Part shown: positions 17,608 to 27,128 of the stretch, in pieces
Numbering within the stretch: position 1 is the first letter of the stretch
Layout of the letters: the number at the start of each line of letters is the position of its first letter
NCBI GenBank assembly: GCA_015231405.1
Contig: JADGBR010000002.1
Coordinates: forward strand, 4,642 to 68,641
Length of the DNA stretch: 64,000 nucleotides
Direction of reading: 5' to 3'
Source of the DNA: Candidatus Omnitrophota bacterium
Lineage (GTDB): Bacteria; Omnitrophota; Gorgyraeia; Tantalellales; Tantalellaceae
Made by a program: the position numbers and the translations under genes
The notes under the pieces: model-generated
What the model was told of the DNA's origin: nothing
Seen by the model: the letters and a program-made list of their open reading frames with translations, nothing else
Database searches by the model: none

Positions 17608-19844
17608 ATCCCCTCAACCATCTTTTTTATGCGGGGAATATCCTTTTGGATATCCGTAACGGCAAGCTCCCGAAATTTGAAAGTGCCCGACAAGTAACCC
17701 GCGAACGCCGTCTCACGCTCCTCGATACCTGCCAGGAGATCTTTCCTTTCACCGACGATGTTATCCATAAGGCTTTGCCTCGTGTCGCAAGTCTCCATCA
17801 TTCTCCTGTACGGATCACGAGACCCTCCGGTGCCAAGGCCGAAAATCCCCGCTATATCCGCGTAGGCGCGTATAACTGCCCCGGGGATGATCTCTTTAAT
17901 GCCGACCCGTGTGCTCAGGTAGAACTTCATTCCTGTGGTCAATTCAAGCGCCGTCCTCGCAATATGCCGGATCTTAGCCCTTAGCATCATCCAGGGAGGC
18001 ACAGTAAGAAAAGGGTTCTTTCCCTTCAGATAGCTGAAAAAATGGACCCGTTTAGGATATGAATACACTTTCCTGTCCTCACCGAGGAATACCAGATCGT
18101 CTCCCAGGAAGGAATAACCGTCACGGACAAGGTTGAACGCTAAAGTCGTTTTTCCGGCGCCCGAAACAGCGGTGAATATATATCCGCCCCCGGCGCCGGC
18201 GACAGCCGACGCGTGTATCATAAGAAGACCCGTTCTTAGAGCGGCGTAATATACCAGCGGCTCGACTATCTCCGTCTGAAGAAAAACGGCCGACATCGAC
18301 GGAAAAAAGACCCTCGCGCATAGGGGAGTATTGAAGTACACATCGATATCGCGGCAGTCTATGCCCCGGATGAGAAATTTGTAGGGATAGATCTTTTTGA
18401 ACACCCCTTCCCTCAAAATATCTTTTTCACGCTTCTCGGGGAATCCGGCGTCGACAATGACGTTTATCCTCAATGATCCGGGAGCTCCCTTGCCGCGCAT
18501 CGCCGGGTCGAATTCTTTCCTGAAATGTTCCGCGTAATGAGCGTCCCTGGATCGGACATTCACCTCTATCCGGGAATGGATGTTCATGGTGAACACATGC
18601 CGCGCGCCGCCGGAAGCTATAGAGCCCACCTCTTCGAAACGGTCGCGGTATCTCCTGGCGACCTCCTCGGTGGAACACATCCTGGACGTTTCAACCGCCA
18701 TTTTACCGAATACTTCGAGCCCCGGCATTGAAAGAGCCTCTTCCATTTTTCCCGCCAGCGCCTTAAAATCACCCGGGTCGAACAACCATCCGTTAACGCC
18801 GTCCTTCACGATATCCGGGATACCGCTGATATCGCTGCCGATAACAGGCACGCCTCCTGCCATGGCCTCGGCTACAACGACCGGCATCCCCTCGGTCTCT
18901 CCTTTTCTATCAAAGACCGAAGGGACCAAAAGCGCGTCGCTCGCCGCGTAGTACCTCGGAAGGTCCGCCTGGGCCACCCATCCCGCGAATTTAAAATATT
19001 CCTCCAGGCGCTTATCTTTTACGGCCTTCTTTATTATGTCCTCAAGCGGGCCTCCGCCTGCCAATACCACGCGAAAATCTTTTTTCCGTCCGGTGAGTAC
19101 CTCCACGGCGCTGACTATATCTTTTATCCCTTTCTTCTCAACGAATTTACCGACAAAAAGGAAAGTAAATCTTTCTTCAAGCCCTAACTTCGCGCGGGCC
19201 CCCGGCCTGTCATTCCCCGGCCTGAACCTTGAGGTGTCGACTCCCATGGGGATAACTTCCGGCGCTTTCTCGTCGAATGATCCGGAAAGATTGACGAGCT
19301 CAGACCTCAAATAATTACTTACTGCCAGGACCATATCCGTATGGGCCGCTATGAATTTCGCCAGGATCCTTCCCGCCGAGCCTAGCCTTTTGAGAAAAAA
19401 GATATCAGCAGCGTGCGTTGTCGAAACGTGTTTTATCCCGGTGGTCATGCTCACAAAAGCCGAGATAAGCCCCTGCGGGACAAGCCAGTGTGAGTTAATA
19501 AGCCGGATGTTCTCCCTCCGGGCGAGGCTGATGACCGCCAGGAATTCCGAAATAAAATAGAACGGGAGCAAAAGCACGGACCACGGGTATTTCCTTATAT
19601 CGTTAAGCATCCCTACGCCGCTGGAGATGACTTCCAGTGATTCAGGAAAAAAATACCTGAATCTCCTTACGGTTACGCCCTCCAGATCCTCTTTCACCCT
19701 CGCTCCGGGCGAATGAGGCGCTACTATATAAACCTTATAGTAAGTTTTCAGCCGGAGGGCAAGATCAAGGACGAACCTGGCGGTCATGATGTCGCTTTTA
19801 TCCCTGGGAAAAGTGCTTGTAACGATAAGTATGCTCTTATTCAT
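17601..19844 (-). CDS. Two-domain protein: N-terminal GT4 glycosyltransferase fused to a C-terminal HPr-kinase-C-like P-loop domain
   Basis: GT4 motifs (GETEGMPVVVAEAMAGGVPVIGSD) in residues 1 to about 400. The C-terminal domain has HASAVAGAGGGYIFTAVSGAGKTTLAFNLVRDGYSFLGDDLVFL, which resembles the HprK/P C-terminal Walker-A region. Confidence 0.55.
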   Translation of the reverse strand: MNKSILIVTSTFPRDKSDIMTARFVLDLALRLKTYYKVYIVAPHSPGARVKEDLEGVTVRRFRYFFPESLEVISSGVGMLNDIRKYPWSVLLLPFYFISEFLAVISLARRENIRLINSHWLVPQGLISAFVSMTTGIKHVSTTHAADIFFLKRLGSAGRILAKFIAAHTDMVLAVSNYLRSELVNLSGSFDEKAPEVIPMGVDTSRFRPGNDRPGARAKLGLEERFTFLFVGKFVEKKGIKDIVSAVEVLTGRKKDFRVVLAGGGPLEDIIKKAVKDKRLEEYFKFAGWVAQADLPRYYAASDALLVPSVFDRKGETEGMPVVVAEAMAGGVPVIGSDISGIPDIVKDGVNGWLFDPGDFKALAGKMEEALSMPGLEVFGKMAVETSRMCSTEEVARRYRDRFEEVGSIASGGARHVFTMNIHSRIEVNVRSRDAHYAEHFRKEFDPAMRGKGAPGSLRINVIVDAGFPEKREKDILREGVFKKIYPYKFLIRGIDCRDIDVYFNTPLCARVFFPSMSAVFLQTEIVEPLVYYAALRTGLLMIHASAVAGAGGGYIFTAVSGAGKTTLAFNLVRDGYSFLGDDLVFLGEDRKVYSYPKRVHFFSYLKGKNPFLTVPPWMMLRAKIRHIARTALELTTGMKFYLSTRVGIKEIIPGAVIRAYADIAGIFGLGTGGSRDPYRRMMETCDTRQSLMDNIVGERKDLLAGIEERETAFAGYLSGTFKFRELAVTDIQKDIPRIKKMVEGIC

Positions 19845-20662
19845 GCTACGCGGCGTTCCACGCCCCCTGAGCCTTTTTTAACCGCTACGACGAGAACGGA
19901 TCCCGCCCCGGCCCATGGCATATATCTCTCCAGAAATCCACCCACCCGAACAGCGGCGGAATTTTCCCTGTCGTAGACTTTTTTATCTCTGAAAAATCCG
20001 GAGAATTCCACAAGGCTGAAAATATGGTCGACAGGCATGGTCCTTTCGATATGGAAACCGCCGTTCGTTATCGCTCTTTCCAGCTCCCCAACATTGAAAT
20101 ATCTCTGGTAGTAATAGTTCTTTTCGGGTTTACCCATAAGACGCCTGAGTGAACGGCTGCGTTTCATAAGGTTGAGCGGAGCCTTGACACCAAGGAACAC
20201 GTTAAAGTACGGCACTGATAAAATAAGCCTCCCGCCGTCCTTTAGGACGCGGTACGCTTCCCGTAACGCCTTATCCGGACCTTCGGCGAAATGTTCGATG
20301 ACCCCGAAGGAAAGGTAGGCGTCGAAAGATCCTGACCCGAAAGGGAGATCCCTTATATCGGCCGTGGACACTTTCTGTGACGGGTCATATTCCCTTATCT
20401 TCCTCATACATTCATCGTCATAGTCGACGCCTGAGATATCATATCCCATTCCCCTCAACTTTATGACCCACGGGCCAAGCCCGCACCCCGCTTCCAGAAC
20501 ACTTCCTCCACGGGGAAGATAGGAAATAACCGTATCCTTGATCTTAATGACCCTGGGATAAGTGAAAATACCCATGATAGTCGCGATGTCTATCTCTTCC
20601 CAGTTTTCCCTCCAGGCTTTTCGTGTGGCTTCATCGGTCCTTACGGCTTTCCCTTGTCTCAT
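19841..20662 (-). CDS. Class I SAM-dependent methyltransferase
   Basis: VLEAGCGLGPWVIKL motif I. 273 aa. Confidence 0.8.
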   Translation of the reverse strand: MRQGKAVRTDEATRKAWRENWEEIDIATIMGIFTYPRVIKIKDTVISYLPRGGSVLEAGCGLGPWVIKLRGMGYDISGVDYDDECMRKIREYDPSQKVSTADIRDLPFGSGSFDAYLSFGVIEHFAEGPDKALREAYRVLKDGGRLILSVPYFNVFLGVKAPLNLMKRSRSLRRLMGKPEKNYYYQRYFNVGELERAITNGGFHIERTMPVDHIFSLVEFSGFFRDKKVYDRENSAAVRVGGFLERYMPWAGAGSVLVVAVKKGSGGVERRVA

Positions 20663-20689
20663 TTTGGGTATATCCTTTTAGCGCGGCGC

Positions 20690-21643
20690 TCAACCTTTCT
20701 TTTTCTTGTCGTAAAAATTTTTCTTTAGCCTGTACAGTATCTCCTCATTGAGCTTCCTGTTGGCGGACATGATATCCCCCAAGAGTCCTATCATGATTAT
20801 CATGAAGCCGGTTATAAGACACGCCGACGCTATTATCAAAGATTGTACATGCCCTCCCTGATGGCGGGTGAAGTGTGCCGCAAGGAAACGCGCGACAAGA
20901 AAAAGGCCGGCGAATATGGGGATAAGGCTTAGTTTGACGAAACTTTTCAAAGGCTCGTACATCATATAGATGCGCAGCATCGTTACAACGCTTCTCTTTA
21001 TGTACGAAGGGACGCTTTTTATCAGCCTGGATTCCCTGAGCTTGGCATTTGTGGAGATGTTCACATAGGTTATCGGAAGCTCTTTCAACCCAGCCTGAAT
21101 TATGCTTTCTATCGTATACGTATAATTCGAAAATATATTAAGCCGCATAGCTGCGTCCCTGGAATACGCCCTGAACCCGCTGGTAGTATCCGGAATGTCC
21201 GTTTTCGAGAACTTTCTCACGACTGAGCTGCCTATTCCCTGGAGCCATTTCTTGACCGGCGAAAAGTGGCTGATAGAAGCGATATCACGGCACCCGATCA
21301 CCATTTCAGCCTTACCTTCAAGGATCGGCTCTATCAGTTTGGGGATATCCGCGCCGCTATACTGGTTATCGCCGTCGATATTCACTATTATGTCCGCTCC
21401 AGCTTCCACGGAGCTATCCAGGCCCCGCCTGAAAGCCTCAGCCAGACCCCTATTAACCGGGAGATCGACGATATGCCTGACGCCCAGCCCCCTCGCTATC
21501 TCGACTGTAGCGTCGGTCGAGCCGTCGTTGACCACCAGAACCTCGATCTCGTCGATGCCCGCGATCTTTTTCGGAAGGTCTCTAAAAGCCTCCGGCAAAG
21601 TTTTTTCCTCGTTGAAACAGGGTATCTGAATGATGAGCTTCAT
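20690..21643 (-). CDS. Polyprenol-phosphate glycosyltransferase (GT2, ArnC/GtrB/DPM1-like with C-terminal TM helices)
   Basis: MKLIIQIPCFNEEKTL...VVNDGSTDAT...NIDGDNQY, plus two C-terminal TM helices. Confidence 0.75.
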   Translation of the reverse strand: MKLIIQIPCFNEEKTLPEAFRDLPKKIAGIDEIEVLVVNDGSTDATVEIARGLGVRHIVDLPVNRGLAEAFRRGLDSSVEAGADIIVNIDGDNQYSGADIPKLIEPILEGKAEMVIGCRDIASISHFSPVKKWLQGIGSSVVRKFSKTDIPDTTSGFRAYSRDAAMRLNIFSNYTYTIESIIQAGLKELPITYVNISTNAKLRESRLIKSVPSYIKRSVVTMLRIYMMYEPLKSFVKLSLIPIFAGLFLVARFLAAHFTRHQGGHVQSLIIASACLITGFMIIMIGLLGDIMSANRKLNEEILYRLKKNFYDKKKKG

Positions 21644-21676
21644 AGGCCACCTCTTTTTAGTCAGACTGTGTTCGTG

Positions 21677-22438
21677 TTATTTCCGTATTGCAACACAGTC
21701 TGACTCTTTACGCAATATCCATATATACGTCGGCACCAGCCAATACAGATGCTCCGAGACGAACACGGCCGCCCTCTGGCCCAATGAGCCTGGGCTGACC
21801 ATATCCGTAGCCCGGAATGTCACAGGATCGTTTATAACTTTAACGGTATAATCTGACACTTTAAAATCCGATACCATCTTTTTCAATCCCGGGAGGCAGA
21901 AAGACCTCACGTCATAAGCCCCGCCCCCGGCCAAACCCAGATATGCGTCGGCGAGAGGCTTGGGAAAATATGAAAGGAACGGAAGTTTGTAATGCGGTTC
22001 TATCGGGATAAGCCGGTTCATAGCCGTGAAATAACACACCCCGCCGGGTTTGAGGACACGCCATATTTCTTTCACAAGCTTTCCCGGGTCATCGACATGT
22101 TCATATATCCCGGCGCATACCGCGGCGTCAAAAGATCCGTCCGGGAAATCCATACGCTCGCCGCTCTGGACCGAGAAACGGATCCCCGGCCATTTAGCGC
22201 GCGCGTAATTGACCGCCTCCTCGTCAGGGTCAATGCCGGTCACATCAAAACCGTCCTTTAGCGACGCCGAGATGATCCCAAGCGAACAGCCTATGTCAAG
22301 AAGCGACCCGGAGCGTTTCCCGGAGTCATGTAACACGGCCTTGATCTTTTCGGCCTTCCTCGTCCTGTCGGCTATGTACGCCTCTTCCGCTTTCTTGTTA
22401 TGTTCCTGAAATAGTTTTTTCCTGAATTCCTTTTTCAT
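21677..22438 (-). CDS. Class I SAM-dependent methyltransferase
   Basis: LLDIGCSLGIISASL motif I, FDAAVCAGIYEHV and VLKPGGVCYF motifs. Confidence 0.8.
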   Translation of the reverse strand: MKKEFRKKLFQEHNKKAEEAYIADRTRKAEKIKAVLHDSGKRSGSLLDIGCSLGIISASLKDGFDVTGIDPDEEAVNYARAKWPGIRFSVQSGERMDFPDGSFDAAVCAGIYEHVDDPGKLVKEIWRVLKPGGVCYFTAMNRLIPIEPHYKLPFLSYFPKPLADAYLGLAGGGAYDVRSFCLPGLKKMVSDFKVSDYTVKVINDPVTFRATDMVSPGSLGQRAAVFVSEHLYWLVPTYIWILRKESDCVAIRK

Positions 22439-22451
22439 ATTATTCCGGGCC

Positions 22452-23267
22452 TCACCCGGAAAAAGAGTTCAACGCCTCGTCCAATTTGGAATACTCGGCG
22501 TCTATTTTGTTTTTTTTGATATATACGGTCACCCTGGACATCCACACAAGTGTCGCGGCGAAAGAGTAAAACACGATCCAAGGAATGAATATCTCGGATC
22601 TGACGAAAAAATTAAGTATCGAGACCGGCAGCATAAAATAAATGATCGCAGGGAAAGTGCATACATAGTGAAGACCGCTGAAACATTTTTTCAGCGGGGA
22701 AGCCGCGTTCTTTTCGTCCCTTGAGCTTTCCATCTTTTTAAAGACCACCGGCTTAGCAGGTTCAAGCAGTCTTCCCCTGAGCCTCTTATACAGGACGCTG
22801 TAGTGGACATCCAGAAAAGCGTCGATCAAATGCGCCGAATACCCGGCGGCTATAGACAATAAAAAGACCCAGAAAATACCGTACCGGAGATATAGCCCAA
22901 AGCCTATCGACATAAAGAACCACGGATGCACGATATAATGGGCCATGTAATCGAAAAATCTTCCGGTCGCGCCCATCTGATCCCTGTATCTGGCTATCTC
23001 ACCGTCGACCATGTCCAGAGTATACCAGAATTGCAGACCTATCGCTCCTATCAGGAAAGCGGGTTTGGTGGCGAAAAGAAATACCCCGCATATGACGAAA
23101 CCCGTGACGATGAACGTTAAAGTAACGCCGTTAGCGCTTATAGGCGTATGGAGAAGAAGCCATGTGATCCTGACGGATACCTTCCTCAGGATATTCATCA
23201 TGTACCAGTCATCGGTATTACGCCGCGGATGCTGGCATCTTATCTCTAATTCCCTTATTGTTTCCAT
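22452..23267 (-). CDS. CDP-alcohol phosphatidyltransferase-family membrane protein
   Basis: DMVDGEIARYRDQMGATGRFFDYMAH fits the DG-x2-AR-x8-G-x3-D signature (last Asp replaced by His). Multi-TM. Confidence 0.6.
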   Translation of the reverse strand: METIRELEIRCQHPRRNTDDWYMMNILRKVSVRITWLLLHTPISANGVTLTFIVTGFVICGVFLFATKPAFLIGAIGLQFWYTLDMVDGEIARYRDQMGATGRFFDYMAHYIVHPWFFMSIGFGLYLRYGIFWVFLLSIAAGYSAHLIDAFLDVHYSVLYKRLRGRLLEPAKPVVFKKMESSRDEKNAASPLKKCFSGLHYVCTFPAIIYFMLPVSILNFFVRSEIFIPWIVFYSFAATLVWMSRVTVYIKKNKIDAEYSKLDEALNSFSG

Positions 23268-23268
23268 C

Positions 23269-24066
23269 CTATCCTTCCAAGGACCGGTCTTTGAAATACC
23301 TGTCCAGAACGCCCTTCTCTTTCCAGTCCATGTACCTGGAATAATCCCTTTCCGAATCGAACTCGAGCCACCCTCCGTTCACCGGGACGGCCTTGACCCT
23401 GTGCCCGAGGTCTATTGCTCTCTGCAGCATATCCGTCATATATCCGTTCTGAAAGTTCTTGGACCTCAGCCATTTTTTATCCCAATATTCCTTTTTATCG
23501 GTGTCGTATATGTTCGAGATAATGTCTATCCCCTTTTTGGAAAATTTTAAAAGCCCTATATACTGGCCTTTCACCCTGGATATATCCGGCCTGGGCTCGC
23601 CTATATCCACGATCTCATTTTTTCCGTTAAAGACCATCGACTCCGTCTCAGAGAGAAAATCCTCACCGAACCGGTCCCTGAAATACCCCGCGCCGTTCAA
23701 GTCGACGACGACGCTTATGTCGTCCTTTGACTCCAAAAGAGCCCTGAGCACTTTGCGTTCATAGACAATATCCCCGTAAGATACCATCACGGCGCCGTCC
23801 CATAAAGGCCTGGTGCAAAAGAACGATTCCACCATGTTCGTCGCGGCAAAACGCTCGTTAATAACCTTTTTGGCCCCGGGGCAATCGAGATTATCGGCCA
23901 TATGCCCGGCGACAACTATTATGTCTTCGATCCCCTCGGCACGCATCGCGCCAAGCTGCCTGTCTATGATCCTTTTTCCAAGGAACTCAAGCATGCACTT
24001 ATGCTTATCACGAGTGAGAGATCCCATCCTGGACCCTGTTCCCGCCGCCAAAATCACCGCTTTCAT
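23269..24066 (-). CDS. Sugar-phosphate or phospho-amide nucleotidyltransferase (Cj1416/LicC-like cytidylyltransferase)
   Basis: MKAVILAAGTGSRMG is the NTP_transferase N-terminal motif. 265 aa. Confidence 0.7.
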   Translation of the reverse strand: MKAVILAAGTGSRMGSLTRDKHKCMLEFLGKRIIDRQLGAMRAEGIEDIIVVAGHMADNLDCPGAKKVINERFAATNMVESFFCTRPLWDGAVMVSYGDIVYERKVLRALLESKDDISVVVDLNGAGYFRDRFGEDFLSETESMVFNGKNEIVDIGEPRPDISRVKGQYIGLLKFSKKGIDIISNIYDTDKKEYWDKKWLRSKNFQNGYMTDMLQRAIDLGHRVKAVPVNGGWLEFDSERDYSRYMDWKEKGVLDRYFKDRSLEG

Positions 24067-24719
24067 ATTTTCCTCCAGAATCCTGTCCTGTTCCTGAACG
24101 CCGTGACCAAGGCGTCGTTCACATAACTGTCAGGGCTTTTCCTCTCAGGGTGCCACTGCACCCCCAGTATCGGATACTTCGTATGACAGAGAGCTTCCAC
24201 GCCGGACGTGATCGAAACAGCGAGAACCTTGAGTTCGGGTGACACCTTCCCGAAAAATACGCCCTGCCTGTGGAATGAATTGACGTTGATCCTTGATCTC
24301 CCCAGGAGCGACTTGAACTCGACATCCGTCACATTGACCTCGTGGCTATCCGTAACATGGGTCTTCAAGTCCAGCCCTTTAAGAGTGAGAGTTTCGGGCA
24401 AGCCTCCCTTAAAGTAGTAATTGATGAACTGCATCCCCCGGCATATCCCCAGGACGGGAAGTGAGCGTTTTACCGCAAGGTCCAGCAGCTTTTTCTCCTG
24501 CTGGTCCCTCACCGGTTCGGACCCTATATCGTTCCCGCCGGAAAGGATCATCCCTCTTATGTCAAAATAGCGCAAATACGACTCTACATCCGCTACCGCG
24601 TTCGATACGGGCAATAACGTTATACCCTTACCCCCGAAGTAGCTGACATAGTCGTTATAAAGAAAATCCGCCGGACTGTCGTATTTCCGCTCTATGCCGC
24701 AAGAAATGGCCAAAAGCAT
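24063..24719 (-). CDS. Class I glutamine-amidotransferase-like hydrolase (PuuD/Cj1417-like)
   Basis: GICRGMQ (nucleophile Cys) and GVQWHPE (His/Glu) motifs. 218 aa. Confidence 0.7.
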   Translation of the reverse strand: MLLAISCGIERKYDSPADFLYNDYVSYFGGKGITLLPVSNAVADVESYLRYFDIRGMILSGGNDIGSEPVRDQQEKKLLDLAVKRSLPVLGICRGMQFINYYFKGGLPETLTLKGLDLKTHVTDSHEVNVTDVEFKSLLGRSRINVNSFHRQGVFFGKVSPELKVLAVSITSGVEALCHTKYPILGVQWHPERKSPDSYVNDALVTAFRNRTGFWRKI

Positions 24720-24722
24720 GTT

Positions 24723-27128
24723 TTATCCCTCCAGGGGTTCCAGCACCTGTTTCGCCCCGTCTATGACCACGAATCTGGAACTCACCAGCCTGTCAAATAT
24801 TGTCGGACCGCATCCGATAGCGGCCGGTATCCCGAACTCAGCGCACCTTATAGCCATATGCGAGGCCACGCCCCCGTATTTCGTCACTATCCCCATGGGT
24901 TTCCTCGAAAATATCCAGTCATAACCGGGATCGGCGTTCTCAAGGAAAATGATGTATTCTCTCATATCCTCTATTTTCATGAACCCAGCTACATCATACA
25001 CAAGAACCGGCCCCTTAGCAATTTTTTCCGTGATAAAATTAGGCCTTGCCTTATAGAAACGCACGATATCGATATCCTTCTCGCTTATTATGACCGGCGG
25101 AAGAATAAGATGATCCGACCACACCTTCTCTTTTTTGTGCCTTTCAAGCGACTGCCTTATTACCCTCCCGGCGTGATCCGAGTCCGAATACTCAGGGTTC
25201 CTGAATTTGAGCAGAGTATTAAGGTCCACCTGGCTGAGATCTTCCCTCGTAAACCCCAGTTTGCCGCCTGCGAGAGCCAGAAACTCTATGGCTTCGCTCA
25301 GCGTTCGCGTGAACTCGAGTTTCGCGTCTTCCCTGAGCTTGATAGCCTTCTCTATGAAAGTCAGGAGCGTCTTCGCGCTGCCGTTGATCTTATCGCGTTC
25401 CATAACGCGGTTAATTGCCGATATCTCCGCGGCGGGAAACGCGAATTTTTCACGGCTGGCCACGCCCTCCTGCCGCGCGTCGCCCTTTTTACTGAAAAAA
25501 CCTTTTTTCATATCGCGATACCTGAGTGCCGTTATGTCGTACGTACCCGGCCTTAAGTGCCCGTAAGAGGAGAAAAAGTCACAAAGGCTCAGTTTACCGC
25601 TCTGCATCCGGGCGAGATCGGCGCTGAAATCCGACGCCACGGTTTGAATGGAATTCAGAAAACCGTGATAGGAATCGCCCGATATTACCCCTTCGTCCCT
25701 CAAACTCATCAATATGCTTTTTCCGATGAACGCCAGTCTGGCCAGGCGCGCGAATGGAAGTATCCCGAATTTTTTACAGTTCTGGAGCAGGTTGTACGCT
25801 ATGTAGAACAATGTCCACGGCGAATCGTCATCGCGGTTCCGAAATGATAATAACCTGGCCTTTCGCTGTGTGAGATGCCGGACAAGCTCCATATCCCTGG
25901 CAAAAAGATATTCCGCGTCGTCCAGGATACCGTTCGTGAGTTTCCGGAGGGCCCTAGTAAAGATCTCTATCTCCCCTCGTTTGAATCCTGATTTTTTCAG
26001 TTCCAGAAGCTGCCGTTCAAGGGAAAAGTTATAACATGACCAGACTATCTCGAACTCTATCTTGTCCTGCCTTTCGGGGTAGCGCTCAAGCTTATCCAAG
26101 TAATGGTCGACTATCTTTCCGGCAAGTTCGTCCGGGACATCTACAGGCAGCAAAGAATTAAAACTCAGCCGTGTATCAATATAAGGCCGTTTGCCGAAGG
26201 ATATCATGAGATCGCCCGGATAAACGTCCCGGTATCCAAGGGAAGACCTTGCCTCGTGCCAGACAGAATCCGTTATTAGAAAACTGTACAGGGAGTAATC
26301 CAGAGTATTCGGCCTGTTACCTATCATCTCAGCCGGGTTCCAGTCCGGCATATCGCCAAAAATAGTGCGGCTTCCCCCCAGGTGCGGTATCGGCCTCGAG
26401 AACCGCGAGTATTTTGCCTTCATGCTCCCTATGAGTTCCCCGATGTGGCCTTCGTCGGGGAAAGCCAGCCCCCTGTTCGCGGCAAGAGGCCTCACCTGGA
26501 AAATGACCACCTTCCCGGCGGAAGTGATAGCGAACTCTATATCTAGCGAGCGTTTGGGAAAATGGCCCTCTATCTCCCTGACCGAGTCCAATAAAGCCGC
26601 CCATTCACCCGCTTCACGGCTTTTAGCTCCGCGGAATATGCACACCAGATCCCCCGATATCCCTCCGGTAACGGTATCCGTCTTACCCGTGATACCATCG
26701 TAATTAATGATGTAATACGGGGCGTTCGTCCCAAGGCCCCTGGTAAAAACGACTCCGCTTATACGCACCGAACGCGTCTGGGTCTGGACAATGACCTGGT
26801 CATCGAAAAGCGGGGCTTTTTTTTCGGCATATGACCCTATAACTCGCTCTATCGAGCTTATCAGGGCTGCGGGGCTAGCGCTATCCACGCCTATCTCGCT
26901 GTGAAAATAACCGGCCTGCGAGGATCTCTCCGTGTCTTCGTTCCGCGATGAGCTTCTGACAGCTACAGGCTTGGGCGAGAATCTGCCCATGATCTTTTTT
27001 ATTACGTCGGGTCTGGCGGACTCCCATTCTTTAACCGTGAATACATAGATATCCTCGACATACCCTTTCTTGATTGTTTCCTTAAGATACGAGAGAACAT
27101 CCGCTTTTGACCTCAGCCTATTTTTCAT
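24723..27128 (-). CDS. PEP-utilising / PEP-synthase-like phosphotransferase (candidate amide kinase, Cj1418-like)
   Basis: N-terminal VAVRSSSRNEDTERSSQAGYFHS matches the PPDK/PpsA ATP-grasp motif. C-terminal GGVASHMAIRCAEFGIPAAIGCG is the phosphohistidine mobile domain. 801 aa. Confidence 0.65.
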   Translation of the reverse strand: MKNRLRSKADVLSYLKETIKKGYVEDIYVFTVKEWESARPDVIKKIMGRFSPKPVAVRSSSRNEDTERSSQAGYFHSEIGVDSASPAALISSIERVIGSYAEKKAPLFDDQVIVQTQTRSVRISGVVFTRGLGTNAPYYIINYDGITGKTDTVTGGISGDLVCIFRGAKSREAGEWAALLDSVREIEGHFPKRSLDIEFAITSAGKVVIFQVRPLAANRGLAFPDEGHIGELIGSMKAKYSRFSRPIPHLGGSRTIFGDMPDWNPAEMIGNRPNTLDYSLYSFLITDSVWHEARSSLGYRDVYPGDLMISFGKRPYIDTRLSFNSLLPVDVPDELAGKIVDHYLDKLERYPERQDKIEFEIVWSCYNFSLERQLLELKKSGFKRGEIEIFTRALRKLTNGILDDAEYLFARDMELVRHLTQRKARLLSFRNRDDDSPWTLFYIAYNLLQNCKKFGILPFARLARLAFIGKSILMSLRDEGVISGDSYHGFLNSIQTVASDFSADLARMQSGKLSLCDFFSSYGHLRPGTYDITALRYRDMKKGFFSKKGDARQEGVASREKFAFPAAEISAINRVMERDKINGSAKTLLTFIEKAIKLREDAKLEFTRTLSEAIEFLALAGGKLGFTREDLSQVDLNTLLKFRNPEYSDSDHAGRVIRQSLERHKKEKVWSDHLILPPVIISEKDIDIVRFYKARPNFITEKIAKGPVLVYDVAGFMKIEDMREYIIFLENADPGYDWIFSRKPMGIVTKYGGVASHMAIRCAEFGIPAAIGCGPTIFDRLVSSRFVVIDGAKQVLEPLEG

